Below are positions 9,330 through 19,150 of a stretch of DNA of 47,956 bases, in pieces. Source of the stretch: a virus; IMG/VR virus record IMGVR_UViG_3300003323_000065, positions 1 to 47,956 of that record; one strand, written 5' to 3'. A program made the position numbers and the translations under genes. The notes below the pieces were generated by a model. The model ran no database searches. It was not told the origin of the DNA and was given only the letters and a program-made list of their open reading frames with translations. Within the stretch, counting starts at the first letter, position 1. Each line of letters starts with the position of its first letter.

Positions 9330-10279
9330 TAGAACCTCCTAGAAATGGTGTATTCCAAGCTACAGCGGCAATTGTAAATGTCCGCGTCGCTAGCGCCCAG
9401 CGAAGTATCGCCAGGGTACATCATCAGCCCACCTAGACCGCTTACGAACGGGTCTGTGAAACCTACGCGCTGGTTATTCATTGTGGAATGGCTATGGCGC
9501 ACACGCTCATCGCGCATCGTCCGCCATTTCTTTTGCACCTGATCTGGATTGATAGTTCCGTTATCTAGCAACTGCTGAATCGCATGGTTCCGGCCAGCGT
9601 TATACGCCTGCTGGGCGTAGGTCTGTGCCAACTGCTTTGCATAGGATTGCAGCAGACGGGCGGAGTAGGCACGGGAGATAGTGTTGGCCTGCTCAATTGT
9701 CAGCTTAGTACCCGGCACAACAAATCGGTCATATGCCGTATCCCTTAGCTTACGAGTCAGGTAAGCACGCATAGCCGCGCGGTCGCCACTGAGAAGCTGC
9801 TGACGGGCCGACTCTACCCATTCGCTCATCTGTACCGGTAGGCCAACCATGCCGCCTGTACGACGTGCTGTGGTGCTTTTGACGCCTAGCAGGTCTAGCG
9901 CCTTGTTACGGGTGGTGTTGCCGTTCGCCATCACAACGTCGATGGTCTTGCGCAGGTCCATTGCTGCTGTATCGCTGATAGAGCGGTATTCGCCCATCAA
10001 GAGATTGATGACAGCCCATGTGTTGCTATCGAACCGCCAGCGTCCGGCAAGCTCATTCTGAGCCCCTTGGATAAATGCTGTACGGAACAGTTCAGTAAAT
10101 ATGGTCAGGCTGCCAAGGCTGAGTAGGACAACCAGCCCATCACGATCATCCTCAGAAATAAGGCGCTCAACCTCAGCCACAGTCGCCGCAGATTCGACAG
10201 CGCGAACCTCTGCCAGATAGGCCGCAGCCATCGGCGCTTCCAGTTCACGAATCTTGGCGGCGTGCTGCTCAGGGGTCAT
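9329..10279 (-). CDS. head morphogenesis protein (SPP1 gp7 / Mu F-like)
   Basis: C-terminal RVRHSHSTMNNQRV..YPGD..YNCRCSLEY matches the Phage_Mu_F pattern. Confidence 0.75.
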   Translation of the reverse strand: MTPEQHAAKIRELEAPMAAAYLAEVRAVESAATVAEVERLISEDDRDGLVVLLSLGSLTIFTELFRTAFIQGAQNELAGRWRFDSNTWAVINLLMGEYRSISDTAAMDLRKTIDVVMANGNTTRNKALDLLGVKSTTARRTGGMVGLPVQMSEWVESARQQLLSGDRAAMRAYLTRKLRDTAYDRFVVPGTKLTIEQANTISRAYSARLLQSYAKQLAQTYAQQAYNAGRNHAIQQLLDNGTINPDQVQKKWRTMRDERVRHSHSTMNNQRVGFTDPFVSGLGGLMMYPGDTSLGASDADIYNCRCSLEYTISRRF

Positions 10280-10812
10280 ACGGTATAGATTGCCAGTGAG
10301 CTATTGCAGCGGCGGATAAGGAAGGCCGACAGTAGAGCCTCAATGGCAGGGATAACAGGCAGCAGCGTTCCAGCGTTAGCATTATCACTAACGGCGTATG
10401 TGACTTGCAGAACGTCAACCTTCTCGCTCTTGACCAGCGCCGTGCGGTCAATGTCGGGATTCAGCGAGCCAGGGTTAGTAGCCTCGCGGATCGCAGCCTC
10501 ATAGGTGGCGTATTCGACCTGAGGAGGGACTACATTGTCAGGTAGGCCGTTGATGCCGCTACGGGGCCATTCTCGCTCCTGCTCCCATCCGCCAGTGCGG
10601 CCACCGGAGAACGTCCACCAGCAGCGGTAGTCGGCATCAATGTACCGCTTCGCATAGCTATCAACGTACATGGATCCGCGCACAAGGGCTGCGTTCTTCG
10701 CATCAGTCGATAGCGCCCCCCATGCCGTATTGCCAATGGAGAGTGCATAGGCGTCTGCACCAGCAATTGAACCGTAAATCTGAGGCATGGGATTCTCTAA
10801 TAGGGGAGCCAT
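10276..10812 (-). CDS. head-tail adaptor candidate (DnaT_2-like family)
   Basis: IYGSIAGADAYA...ALVRGSMYVD pattern and position; start uncertain (10812 or 10788). Confidence 0.5.
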   Translation of the reverse strand: MAPLLENPMPQIYGSIAGADAYALSIGNTAWGALSTDAKNAALVRGSMYVDSYAKRYIDADYRCWWTFSGGRTGGWEQEREWPRSGINGLPDNVVPPQVEYATYEAAIREATNPGSLNPDIDRTALVKSEKVDVLQVTYAVSDNANAGTLLPVIPAIEALLSAFLIRRCNSSLAIYTV

Positions 10813-10826
10813 CCTTGGCTCGATGA

Positions 10827-11204
10827 TTACTTGGCTAGAGCTTCTTCCAGCTTCTCTTGCAGCTTCTCAACCGACGAACGCTTGTCCGCCTTTACGCCAA
10901 GCTCGGCAAGCTGGGCAATAAGCGATTCCTTCTCTTCATCTTCGCTCAGTTGTTCAAGCGCATCCTCGACTTCAGCCTGAGACGGCTCATTCACCTCTTC
11001 AGTGAACTTCACATTCTCTACAACTTCAGGCTCATCCTTCTTGCTGGACTTGCCAACACTAAGGTGGCCCTTCTCGACATACCACGCAATTGCAGGGTTG
11101 TCCTTGTACTTATCCCAATGCGGATAATCCACCTCAGCGCCAGGATAGACCGGCACGTTAGGCGGTAGAACAATGGTCGCGTTATAGCTGCTCTTGATCT
11201 TCAT
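10827..11204 (-). CDS. acidic head-module protein with C-terminal Rho_N/HeH-like motif
   Basis: SLIAQLAELGVKADKRSSVEKLQEKLEEA resembles the HeH/Rho N-terminal motif. Confidence 0.5.
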   Translation of the reverse strand: MKIKSSYNATIVLPPNVPVYPGAEVDYPHWDKYKDNPAIAWYVEKGHLSVGKSSKKDEPEVVENVKFTEEVNEPSQAEVEDALEQLSEDEEKESLIAQLAELGVKADKRSSVEKLQEKLEEALAK

Positions 11205-11734
11205 ATCTCACCTCTAGACTTTTCGTATGAATACTCTGCTTGGATGACTTCCTCGGCAGACTTGCGGGCATTATACGCTTCTTCTTTGGTGTCAAACCTG
11301 CCAAGAAAAAGGCATTTGTTTTGGCTGCTTATCTGAGCTATCCACTTTTTCCTGGACTTATCCCAAGTAACACCTCGAAGCCCACTGACTCCTTGCGCCG
11401 TATCCATGTTGCTTTTGTTCTGGTGTGGCAACGCTAAGCGTAGATTAGATGCTGAATTGTCTGACTTATTTCCATTGCGATGGTCAATTTCATGGCCGCA
11501 AGGAATGTCACTATTGTTGTGGATAGCCCAAGCTACTCGATGGCCTAGATAAACCTGTCCGAAAAGCTTAAAAACGATGTAAGGGTGCTTATTACTCTTT
11601 ACACACCCAACATCTGCTCCAACAACAATTCGTGAGCATGGCTTTTTCTTCCACTGCATCCGCCCCGATTCAGGGTCGTATGCAATGTATTCACGCATCA
11701 ACTCAACATCAATTGGAACTACTTCCCTTGGCAT
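11201..11734 (-). CDS. HNH homing endonuclease with AP2 DNA-binding domain
   Basis: HRVAWAI..EIDHRNGNKSDNSASNLRLA (HNH_3) then GVTWDKSRKKWIAQI..LGRFDTKEEAYNA (AP2); lies between the capsid gene and downstream head genes. Confidence 0.85.
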   Translation of the reverse strand: MPREVVPIDVELMREYIAYDPESGRMQWKKKPCSRIVVGADVGCVKSNKHPYIVFKLFGQVYLGHRVAWAIHNNSDIPCGHEIDHRNGNKSDNSASNLRLALPHQNKSNMDTAQGVSGLRGVTWDKSRKKWIAQISSQNKCLFLGRFDTKEEAYNARKSAEEVIQAEYSYEKSRGEI

Positions 11735-11780
11735 TAGAATGGCCTATCCATTTACGGTATAGGCCATTCTACCTTAAGCC

Positions 11781-12707
11781 TTAGATAGCGTCCAGATACG
11801 ACACATCCAAAGGACGGCGAACGTCAGTGCCACCCAGGCGGAAGATACCCGGCACTTCCCAGCGGAGCGGGCCAGCCTGGTGCACGGGCAGGAACCGATG
11901 GGGCATGGGAATGTGAGCAACAACGACATTGCGGTCGCGGCGGTAGGCCACGGCACGGTGGGTTCCGCCAGCGCCAGCAGTCTGCAAGCCCTGGACACCA
12001 CGGATACGCAGCGGGCGGCCAGTCAGCGCGGTATACGGGTTGTTAGCCAGATACCACGTCAGGATGCTGGTGTCAGACTCATTGCTGCGCGGGGTCGATG
12101 CCAGCTTCAGGAATCGATCATACGGCAGCAGCAGGGTGTCAGCCATCGAGGTGAACAGCGTGCCGGTGAACTGACCGATCAGCATGTTGTTCATATCCGC
12201 GATGATCTGATCCGGAGTCGCGGTGTCCCACGAGGCCGCAGCATTCGCAGCAGTCACGCCCGGCGCATTGAACAGGCCGGTGAAGCCCTTACTAGAATCA
12301 CCGAACAGCAGGGTACGGTAGACCATTTCCTCATAGGCGCGGCGAGCGGCAACCGCATCGTCAGCCGGAAGGTTACGGCCCAGCATGACGGCCTGCGAGA
12401 TTTCTTCCAGACCCCAGCCATAGCCGATACCAGCAGTGTAGACCTGAGTCTCATGCTTGGTCATGGTGGTGCCAGCCATCGGAATGTCATCGGCGTTGCC
12501 GTTGATCCAATCCGCCTTGCCGTACTTGTCGCCGGAGTAGTAAGTAACCGACTTTGCCCACTCACCGCCGCTGAAGTCCAGCGGGATCAGTTCGGCATAG
12601 TTAACATCCGGGTACTCGATCTGATTAACTTCGCGCTCGATAATCGAGGTCTGCTGGATGGTGAAACCCAGAGCCGACTGCGCGTCCAACAGTTTGAAAG
12701 CTGCCAT
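11781..12707 (-). CDS. major capsid protein (DUF2184-type)
   Basis: 308 aa after the DUF2213/DUF2190-like genes; strong codon bias. Confidence 0.75.
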   Translation of the reverse strand: MAAFKLLDAQSALGFTIQQTSIIEREVNQIEYPDVNYAELIPLDFSGGEWAKSVTYYSGDKYGKADWINGNADDIPMAGTTMTKHETQVYTAGIGYGWGLEEISQAVMLGRNLPADDAVAARRAYEEMVYRTLLFGDSSKGFTGLFNAPGVTAANAAASWDTATPDQIIADMNNMLIGQFTGTLFTSMADTLLLPYDRFLKLASTPRSNESDTSILTWYLANNPYTALTGRPLRIRGVQGLQTAGAGGTHRAVAYRRDRNVVVAHIPMPHRFLPVHQAGPLRWEVPGIFRLGGTDVRRPLDVSYLDAI

Positions 12708-12718
12708 TTAATTACTCC

Positions 12719-13141
12719 TTAGGCTGCCGGGGCCACGCGGTTCAGACGAACCTGAGCGAGCTGATTGGTGGAAGTGGTGGTGGTCTGCCAGAAAGCGCCC
12801 GGAATCGTGACGCCACCCAGCACAACCGGATCGCCATCAGCAATGGCGGTCGGGGCAACAACCCAGATAGCGCCATCGGTCATGATGCGGGCCGATTCGT
12901 ACTGGCTGAAAATGTCGCCAACGCGCACCGAGCGATCCAGCACAGTAAAGCCGACATAGTTGGCGGCGGTGCCAGTAGCGACGCAGCCCTTGTCGTTAGT
13001 GCCACGGTAGACCGGGACACCGAAAGCAATACCTGCCGGAGTTTCGACGGTACGGCTAATCAGGGTCTTCGGGATTTCATCAACGATTGCGCCAGCGACG
13101 CCAACCGGGATGTACTGCTGATAGGAGGTCTGAACGGCCAT
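12719..13141 (-). CDS. DUF2190-like head structural/decoration protein
   Basis: 140-aa Gly/Val/Ala-rich protein between the scaffold-like and capsid genes. Confidence 0.55.
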   Translation of the reverse strand: MAVQTSYQQYIPVGVAGAIVDEIPKTLISRTVETPAGIAFGVPVYRGTNDKGCVATGTAANYVGFTVLDRSVRVGDIFSQYESARIMTDGAIWVVAPTAIADGDPVVLGGVTIPGAFWQTTTTSTNQLAQVRLNRVAPAA

Positions 13142-14268
13142 TACTTAGTATCCTTATGTGCGGCAAGCAGGCGGGCCTCGTAGGCGGACTGACCGTTGTC
13201 AGCACGGTCAACGAACTTGATGCCGTCAGCCATCACAGCCGAGCGTACCGGATCAGTTTCGCCAGAGTCAGCAACGGCAATATCAAACCGAGCCTCAATG
13301 TAGGCGTCCGACTTACCTGCGATAGCGGCATCGCCAAACTTCTTGGCGACAGCCATCTTACGGATTTCAGCATCCGACTTTCCGGTGTAATCCTGATCGG
13401 CAACCTTTACCGCCTTGCCAATCAGATCGGCGCGGGCTGCGACACGGGCGTCTAGATCGGCATCGCTCAGGCTCTTGGCCTTCAGCGCGTCAATCTCAGC
13501 ATCCTTCTTGGCAATCTCAGCATCCTTCAGAGCCAGAGCCGCCTTGTGGGAGTCAGCCAGAGCAGCATTCTCGGCCTTGGCATCGCCAACCTGCTTGGTC
13601 AGCTTGTCAATCGCCTGTGCGCCCTGTTCGGTAGTTTCAACGCTCAGGCCATCAATCATGACCTTTCGCAGATTGGAATCGGCCATATGGCCTCCTTCGG
13701 TTGGTTGGGCTGGATAGATAATATCGGGATTGCCCTGATCCCCGATACGGAGTTTATCACCGCCACGGGCCTTATCGACCAATGCCAGGTGATTCATGTG
13801 AAGATTAGTCTGGACAGCGTCGTATTCTTCGCCGGAATCAGTCACGCCATTCTGAAAAACAATGTCAGCCGAGTAACCCATAGATAGCTCGACCTTGCCA
13901 TTTTCCAAATCTCTAATGGCCTTTTGATCCATCAGTACCAGCGGGACGCGGACGAACTCGCCATCGCGCATTACATCGCCGCCAGTCTGGCCAACTGCGT
14001 AATCCTTCCAGTTCTCAGCGTTGACTGCCACAGAAGGATGATCGTTAGTCATCGGACGATGCGCGTAAGTCTTCATCGCATCCTTGGAAAACACCTGATC
14101 TGCCGGTCGGTATACCCGAACAATCGGCATATCCGGCTTACCAACCTCGCGGCCTAGATACTTCTGGATGCCAGTGCGAGCCACCGCAGCGTCGGCGACA
14201 AGGTAGCCGTCAGCCGTCTTACGAACCGCGCTAGTAGAAACCTTGTCAGAGAAATTAAGCATATTCAC
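13141..14268 (-). CDS. DUF2213-like prohead scaffold/protease protein
   Basis: N-terminus RKTADGYLVADAAVARTGIQKY..YRP..VF typical of DUF2213; Ala/Lys/Asp coiled-coil middle; follows the portal. Confidence 0.65.
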   Translation of the reverse strand: MNMLNFSDKVSTSAVRKTADGYLVADAAVARTGIQKYLGREVGKPDMPIVRVYRPADQVFSKDAMKTYAHRPMTNDHPSVAVNAENWKDYAVGQTGGDVMRDGEFVRVPLVLMDQKAIRDLENGKVELSMGYSADIVFQNGVTDSGEEYDAVQTNLHMNHLALVDKARGGDKLRIGDQGNPDIIYPAQPTEGGHMADSNLRKVMIDGLSVETTEQGAQAIDKLTKQVGDAKAENAALADSHKAALALKDAEIAKKDAEIDALKAKSLSDADLDARVAARADLIGKAVKVADQDYTGKSDAEIRKMAVAKKFGDAAIAGKSDAYIEARFDIAVADSGETDPVRSAVMADGIKFVDRADNGQSAYEARLLAAHKDTK

Positions 14269-14288
14269 CTCGACGCTTTCGGCGCATT

Positions 14289-15614
14289 TTACTCATTGTT
14301 AGCAGAATTACTAGTGGGGTCGATAGCAGGATTATCCTCGCTGCGCATAGCCTCTTCCATAGCCGATTCAAGCCCAGGCATGACGCCGTTCTCAGTCAGC
14401 ATATTGACTGCCGACTTACTCAGTGCATCACTGTTGATTAGCTGAGTATCTGCAAGAATCTTAATAGTCTCAGCCACTACCTTGCCAATATCAGCCTCTT
14501 CCTTCTTGGTCGGCTTCCAGATATTGTTCCAAATGTAGTAAATATCTGCTGGACGACGACCAAGCGCAGTCCAGATGAGGGCCTCATCAAACTTAGCCAT
14601 GGCCGGAGTAAATTCCTGATTCTGAATAGAGTTGACCCGTTCGCTCCAAATTCTGCTCTCGGCCTCACCCTTGTTATTCAAGCCACCCTCCGCATTACCA
14701 AAGAGGATGGATCGCGGAATTCCAGAGGCGCCCGAGCACTCCTGCTGGAACTCACGCATAAGCTCAGGAACGCCAGCAAACGTAGCGTTATGGCTGTTGT
14801 ATTCCTGCGCCGCGTCCATTAGCAGCGTCTTGGTGATGCCCTTGGCTTGAACCTGAAGGCTAATCATCTCAAGAACTGAGTTACGGTACTCCTGATCGCC
14901 AATTTGGCTCATCAAGTCAGGAATGCCAATAACGTCAACCTTTGACTCAAATACCAGCTCGCCAGCATTGGCCGCAGTAGACTCATTACGCAATAGCGGA
15001 GCCATGCAGGCCACAAGGACAGACCTGCCCCATCCGTTGTATGTGCTTACAACGGCATTAGTATCAGGAATGTACTTGCCCATGAACCTAATCAGGCGCG
15101 ATGGGTGAATCTCGATCTGCTTGTTCTCTGTGCTAAGCCGATATGACCTAGGCTGCCCAAAGTATTCAGAGGCAATGTCCGTCTCGCGCTCACCGGCCGA
15201 TAGCTGATCCTTAGTGAAGACTGTCAGATACCTAATCTTTTCAGACTGAGGGTTTAGCGGTTTGCTAACGTCAGCCTCACTAGTCCCAATGTAGACAGCA
15301 GCACCGCCGAATAGGTCGCCTAGCTGCTTCGCCTGGCGAATCTTGCTTTTCAGGCCAAGATCGCGTTCCAACTTCTCGATGCGCTCAATTTGACGACCCT
15401 TTGCCTGCCAGTTACGCCACTCTCGGGTGCAGTCAGACGCAGGAACGTCAATGATTCGGCTCGCCACCCAATTCTGCTGATACGTAGCCATTAGCTCATA
15501 GTCTGAGTAAAGGCGATCAACGAAAGTAGAGTTGGCCGACTTAGCGCGAGTAGTCCCTAGGCCAGAAACTAGGTTAACTAGGTTGTCTGTTACCAACATT
15601 TTACTATCGGCCAT
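14289..15614 (-). CDS. portal protein (DUF1073 family)
   Basis: 441 aa, first gene of the head module. Confidence 0.75.
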   Translation of the reverse strand: MADSKMLVTDNLVNLVSGLGTTRAKSANSTFVDRLYSDYELMATYQQNWVASRIIDVPASDCTREWRNWQAKGRQIERIEKLERDLGLKSKIRQAKQLGDLFGGAAVYIGTSEADVSKPLNPQSEKIRYLTVFTKDQLSAGERETDIASEYFGQPRSYRLSTENKQIEIHPSRLIRFMGKYIPDTNAVVSTYNGWGRSVLVACMAPLLRNESTAANAGELVFESKVDVIGIPDLMSQIGDQEYRNSVLEMISLQVQAKGITKTLLMDAAQEYNSHNATFAGVPELMREFQQECSGASGIPRSILFGNAEGGLNNKGEAESRIWSERVNSIQNQEFTPAMAKFDEALIWTALGRRPADIYYIWNNIWKPTKKEEADIGKVVAETIKILADTQLINSDALSKSAVNMLTENGVMPGLESAMEEAMRSEDNPAIDPTSNSANNE

Positions 15615-15642
15615 GGCCTGCCCGCGATTATCAATTGGCGCG

Positions 15643-15669
15643 AGTATACCATCGGATTAGAAAATGCAA
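15643..15669 (-). promoter_or_regulatory. sigma70-like extended -10 promoter upstream of the portal gene
   Basis: Minus strand TTGCAT-15 nt-TGgTATACT, just downstream of the cassette terminator. Confidence 0.45.
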
Positions 15670-15697
15670 TACGAAAGAAAGGGGCCAATCGGCCCCT
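15670..15697 (-). terminator. Rho-independent terminator ending the GC-rich cassette
   Basis: Minus strand AGGGGCC-GATT-GGCCCCT followed by TTCTTTCGTATT. Confidence 0.65.
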
Positions 15698-15731
15698 TCA
15701 TTTTAATTCTACAACTTAAGTGAGAATCTGG

Positions 15732-16025
15732 TCAGCCATTGGTCTGGCCTCGCTCTGCCTTACGCATCTCCCTGATCGCTTCGTTGAAGCCATCGAGGTG
15801 GCCCTTGCTATATGGATCTGGAAGGCCGTGCGGATCATCCAAGCCATAGTCGGCACGCGTCCTGCGCTTGATCACGACGGCCTTTGGCGCGGTCTGTTCC
15901 TGTGGCGGGAAATCAATGAGGGCCTGTCGCAAGGAAGCATGGGCATCAAGCAGCCGTCCGTCTGTAAGCGGAACCTGGTTCAGCAGGGCGACGGCATTCA
16001 TCACGGATTCGTAGAGGCTGCTCAT
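15732..16025 (-). CDS. hypothetical protein (GC-rich cassette gene 4)
   Basis: ATG at 16025 overlaps the upstream stop as ATGA. Confidence 0.55.
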   Translation of the reverse strand: MSSLYESVMNAVALLNQVPLTDGRLLDAHASLRQALIDFPPQEQTAPKAVVIKRRTRADYGLDDPHGLPDPYSKGHLDGFNEAIREMRKAERGQTNG

Positions 16026-16894
16026 TTGCCCACCGCCTGGCTGTCGAGCCAATCCCGCAGTTCCTTGGCGCAAGCCCAGTACGCGCCAGCCTTGCGCTGC
16101 TGAGTGACCGACAGCTTTTCGGATCTGGCCAGCCAGCCATCCGATAGCCTGAGAAGTGCATCCAGGTCCACGACCTGCGCGGGCGGGACGGCGTAGAGCG
16201 CGATGTCAGTACTACCGGGCCTATGCCACATGAACCCATCCCCACGATTTACCATCTCCCTAAGCTGAGTGGGGCTGGTGTATGCCACCGGCTCCCCCAC
16301 CGGCTGGCGGGCGGCGATCTTCTTGCCCTCCTCCAACCCTTCCGTGTACGCGGCACGCTCGCCCTCGGTCCGCGCACGCAGCTCATCGCAGCCTTGCACG
16401 TACACCGGCTGGCGGGCGGTGAGGACTTCGCGCAGGATCGAAGGTAGCTCCGAGTCTTTCAGGAAATACGTGCGATTCCTCCCCGGCAGCTGCGCGCGAG
16501 CCAGCGCGGCCTTAAACGCCTGCACCATGTCATCGCTTACCACCGTATCCTGACTACCCGGGGAGGGCTGGGCGGAGAACCAGTGGCGGATGTTGTCAGC
16601 GATAACCTGCGGATCAACGATGCTTCCCCCAGGAACGCATGCCGCGAGCATTGCTTCTAGGTCGAAGCTGCTGGGCTGGGAGGGCTGGGCGGAGAGGGCG
16701 GCTCGCCATGCTGCCCAGCACCAGTCGGTATTGAGTTCGGCATAATCACCCTTCATGCCGTCAGCTGAACATTTTGCGGTGCCCAATTCCCGCTCTTCGG
16801 CCCACGCCTCAAACCGCGCACGCTCGGCCTTATCCCCCAGCCTCACCCTCCCACCGGGCTGCACGTCCGCCAGGGTCTTGTCGTTGGTGGTCAT
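16022..16894 (-). CDS. hypothetical modular protein with internal SAQPS and ARQPV repeats (cassette gene 3)
   Basis: 290 aa; LSAQPSQPSS / FSAQPSPGSQ and TARQPV / AARQPV duplicated motifs. Confidence 0.6.
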   Translation of the reverse strand: MTTNDKTLADVQPGGRVRLGDKAERARFEAWAEERELGTAKCSADGMKGDYAELNTDWCWAAWRAALSAQPSQPSSFDLEAMLAACVPGGSIVDPQVIADNIRHWFSAQPSPGSQDTVVSDDMVQAFKAALARAQLPGRNRTYFLKDSELPSILREVLTARQPVYVQGCDELRARTEGERAAYTEGLEEGKKIAARQPVGEPVAYTSPTQLREMVNRGDGFMWHRPGSTDIALYAVPPAQVVDLDALLRLSDGWLARSEKLSVTQQRKAGAYWACAKELRDWLDSQAVGK

Positions 16895-17193
16895 GCGGAT
16901 GCTCCTTCTCCGGCTTCACGGCCTATGTACTTGTCAACTGCTTGGCGCAGAGTGCGGCCCATTGCTCCGGCACCCCAGATCATGGTCACCGGCAGATAGC
17001 GCTCGCGATTGTTCGTGCCACTGAACGTCTTCTCGATGTAGTTCAGACGCTCCGTATCCTTCCGCAACCCCTCCACCTCAGCGCGCAGGCAGTCTACCTC
17101 TGCCTCGTGGTCGGAGTGGAGGACGTAGTCGCCATCATGAAGCTCCTCCATCCCATACAGTCCGTTCCAACTATATCGCCTAATCCCACTCAT
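16891..17193 (-). CDS. hypothetical coiled-coil protein (cassette gene 2)
   Basis: 100-aa ORF, stop overlaps the next start. Confidence 0.55.
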   Translation of the reverse strand: MSGIRRYSWNGLYGMEELHDGDYVLHSDHEAEVDCLRAEVEGLRKDTERLNYIEKTFSGTNNRERYLPVTMIWGAGAMGRTLRQAVDKYIGREAGEGASA

Positions 17194-17285
17194 CCCAACA
17201 CCCTCCTAGTTATCGATGGCCCAATCTACCATCGTGGTTTGATTTCATAAATATCAGGAATGGAACAGTTAATAAATTCTTCACA

Positions 17286-17531
17286 TCAAACAAAGAACAT
17301 CGACAGCTCTGCGTCGGTCAACAGCATGGAATAAGGAGTGCGGTCGCCGACGATCTGGAACCATGCTCGGCCGTTCTTGACATGGGTGATTCCGGCGATG
17401 CTGACGGCCAATTCCGCCCGTGCGGCGTCGAACATACCAGCCCATGTTGCGCGGTCGGTGGCCGGCTTCTTCGCGGCGGCAGCATTCTTCGGGGTGGCGA
17501 TGGCGGTGGAAGCGGCGCGGTTGAAGTTCAT
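17286..17531 (-). CDS. hypothetical protein (cassette gene 1)
   Basis: 81-aa ORF downstream of promoter module copy 1. Confidence 0.5.
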   Translation of the reverse strand: MNFNRAASTAIATPKNAAAAKKPATDRATWAGMFDAARAELAVSIAGITHVKNGRAWFQIVGDRTPYSMLLTDAELSMFFV

Positions 17532-17563
17532 GTCGTCGTGTCCGTGTTCGTTGGTGTGGGTAA

Positions 17564-17628
17564 AGAATAGACTTTTAGAAAAATCCTATCAACACCGCCA
17601 ATAGAACAATCCTCTCCACAGATAGAAC
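17564..17628 (-). promoter_or_regulatory. conserved promoter/operator module, copy 1
   Basis: Minus strand GTTCTATC-13 nt-GTTCTATT-ggcggtg-TTGATA-17 nt-TATTCT. Confidence 0.55.
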
Positions 17629-17629
17629 A

Positions 17630-18955
17630 CTAGCCACGCACCGCTGCGATGGGGTCGAACTTGGGTTTGCTCGGCCATTCCACGTCCACACAGTAGCCGA
17701 TGGCGGTCGTGATGTGCTGATACTGGTTCGTCTGATCCTCTTGGAACGTCGATCCGTCCTTTAGCTGGACTGTAGCCAGACCCTTGTGACACCAGGGGGC
17801 CGTGTTCGGGTTGACGTACAGCGATGTGTCGCCAGATGCCGTCAGAATCTTAGTGCGAACCGCGTTCTGTCGGTCCTTGATAGCGGGATGGGCTGGCTTG
17901 ACCTTGCGTGTGTAGCGCCAGCCATTCTCCTTCAGCACACCCTCAATGTCCGTGTAGTCAGAGGCATGGCCGTGCTTCTCGCCTGCCTTGCCTGCCGGGT
18001 CGCCGTAGATCAATACGTGCTTATTAGCATGATCTTTGTACTTCTCCACGAACTCAATAGCCGCCTGCCGGGATACAGCGCTAGTCAGGACAATCTCATC
18101 CAGAAGATAAAGGTCTTTGTTCTCATTCCGGCGAACACCGATGGCAGATGAAAGCGGCGTGAAGTTCTGATCGTGCATCCACATTAGCTGCTCATGCGGC
18201 TGGATCGTGGCATCGGTCAGGTTGTGCTTGCCATAGTCCTCATAGATACGCCCGCCCGCAGTCTCAAAGCTGGCCTCAAACTCCTGCTTGAACTGCTTCA
18301 CGGACATAGCCCGTTTCATCGCGTCCATCACGTCAGGCGGAAGAATCTCAGCCGACTTCCAGTGGAACACCTTGAAATTAGGGTCTGCCCCCGTCTCGGC
18401 CTTCATGCAAAGATCGTAGTAGTGGTTCAGACCATCCGGCACGCCCAGCAGCCAGCACCAGGCACGGTAATCGGGATCGGTAGGATTTACCGTATTCAGC
18501 GCAGGCAGGATGTTAGCCTCCCACGCATCAGCCTTCACGTCTGCGAACTCATCGATACCGCCACCACGCCACGGAATACCCTCGATGCGCTGGGGCTTGT
18601 CTAGGCCAATGACGTGAATCTCACTACCGCTATCCAGATAGATAATTAGCTCAGACTCAGACGGCCTACGATTATGGGTGGCCGAAAGCGTGAACTGCTT
18701 CAGGTCATCCCAAAATATCTTCTTCGCCTGGCTATGCGTAGGCGCAGCAGCGAAGTACGGCCCTACGTCCGCACTAGCCATCTTGGTCAGGAATCGCTTA
18801 AACCGCTCAGTCTTACCGCTACGGCGTCCAGCAGGCACCAGCGGAAATCTGATACCAGATGGTACAGCCTGCATAAGAGCAAGCTGTACAGGATGGTCCT
18901 TGAGCGCATACCAGCGGGCTAGCTGGCGGTCTAGCAGTAGGTTACCCGTTTTCAC
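17630..18955 (-). CDS. terminase large subunit
   Basis: 441 aa; PAGRRSGKTE Walker A-like motif; follows the small terminase. Confidence 0.8.
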   Translation of the reverse strand: MKTGNLLLDRQLARWYALKDHPVQLALMQAVPSGIRFPLVPAGRRSGKTERFKRFLTKMASADVGPYFAAAPTHSQAKKIFWDDLKQFTLSATHNRRPSESELIIYLDSGSEIHVIGLDKPQRIEGIPWRGGGIDEFADVKADAWEANILPALNTVNPTDPDYRAWCWLLGVPDGLNHYYDLCMKAETGADPNFKVFHWKSAEILPPDVMDAMKRAMSVKQFKQEFEASFETAGGRIYEDYGKHNLTDATIQPHEQLMWMHDQNFTPLSSAIGVRRNENKDLYLLDEIVLTSAVSRQAAIEFVEKYKDHANKHVLIYGDPAGKAGEKHGHASDYTDIEGVLKENGWRYTRKVKPAHPAIKDRQNAVRTKILTASGDTSLYVNPNTAPWCHKGLATVQLKDGSTFQEDQTNQYQHITTAIGYCVDVEWPSKPKFDPIAAVRG

Positions 18956-19148
18956 GAACCCAGCCCATTACCTTGTACTTCAAGAATTCAACAATCTTAG
19001 CCATTGCGGAGCAATTAGCTCTATCCACACCATAGGTAGTCATATGCTCGCCGCCCTCATCGCCAATCTTTCTGGCGTAGATCATTACCTGATCGTACCC
19101 ATAATCCTTAGCGATACGCTTGGCAGCAGATATAGGGATTCGCTTCAT
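18942..19148 (-). CDS. hypothetical protein
   Basis: 68-aa ORF between the terminase subunit genes. Confidence 0.5.
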   Translation of the reverse strand: MKRIPISAAKRIAKDYGYDQVMIYARKIGDEGGEHMTTYGVDRANCSAMAKIVEFLKYKVMGWVRENG

Positions 19149-19150
19149 TT

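Noticed and set aside
11880-12722. 280-aa plus-strand ORF antisense to the major capsid gene
   Set aside because: Arg/Gly/Ala-rich junk-like translation exactly opposite a strongly supported capsid gene. Long antisense ORFs are expected in GC-rich coding sequence. The same reasoning applies to 6389..6925, 16774..17250, 18678..19313 and 13087..13455.
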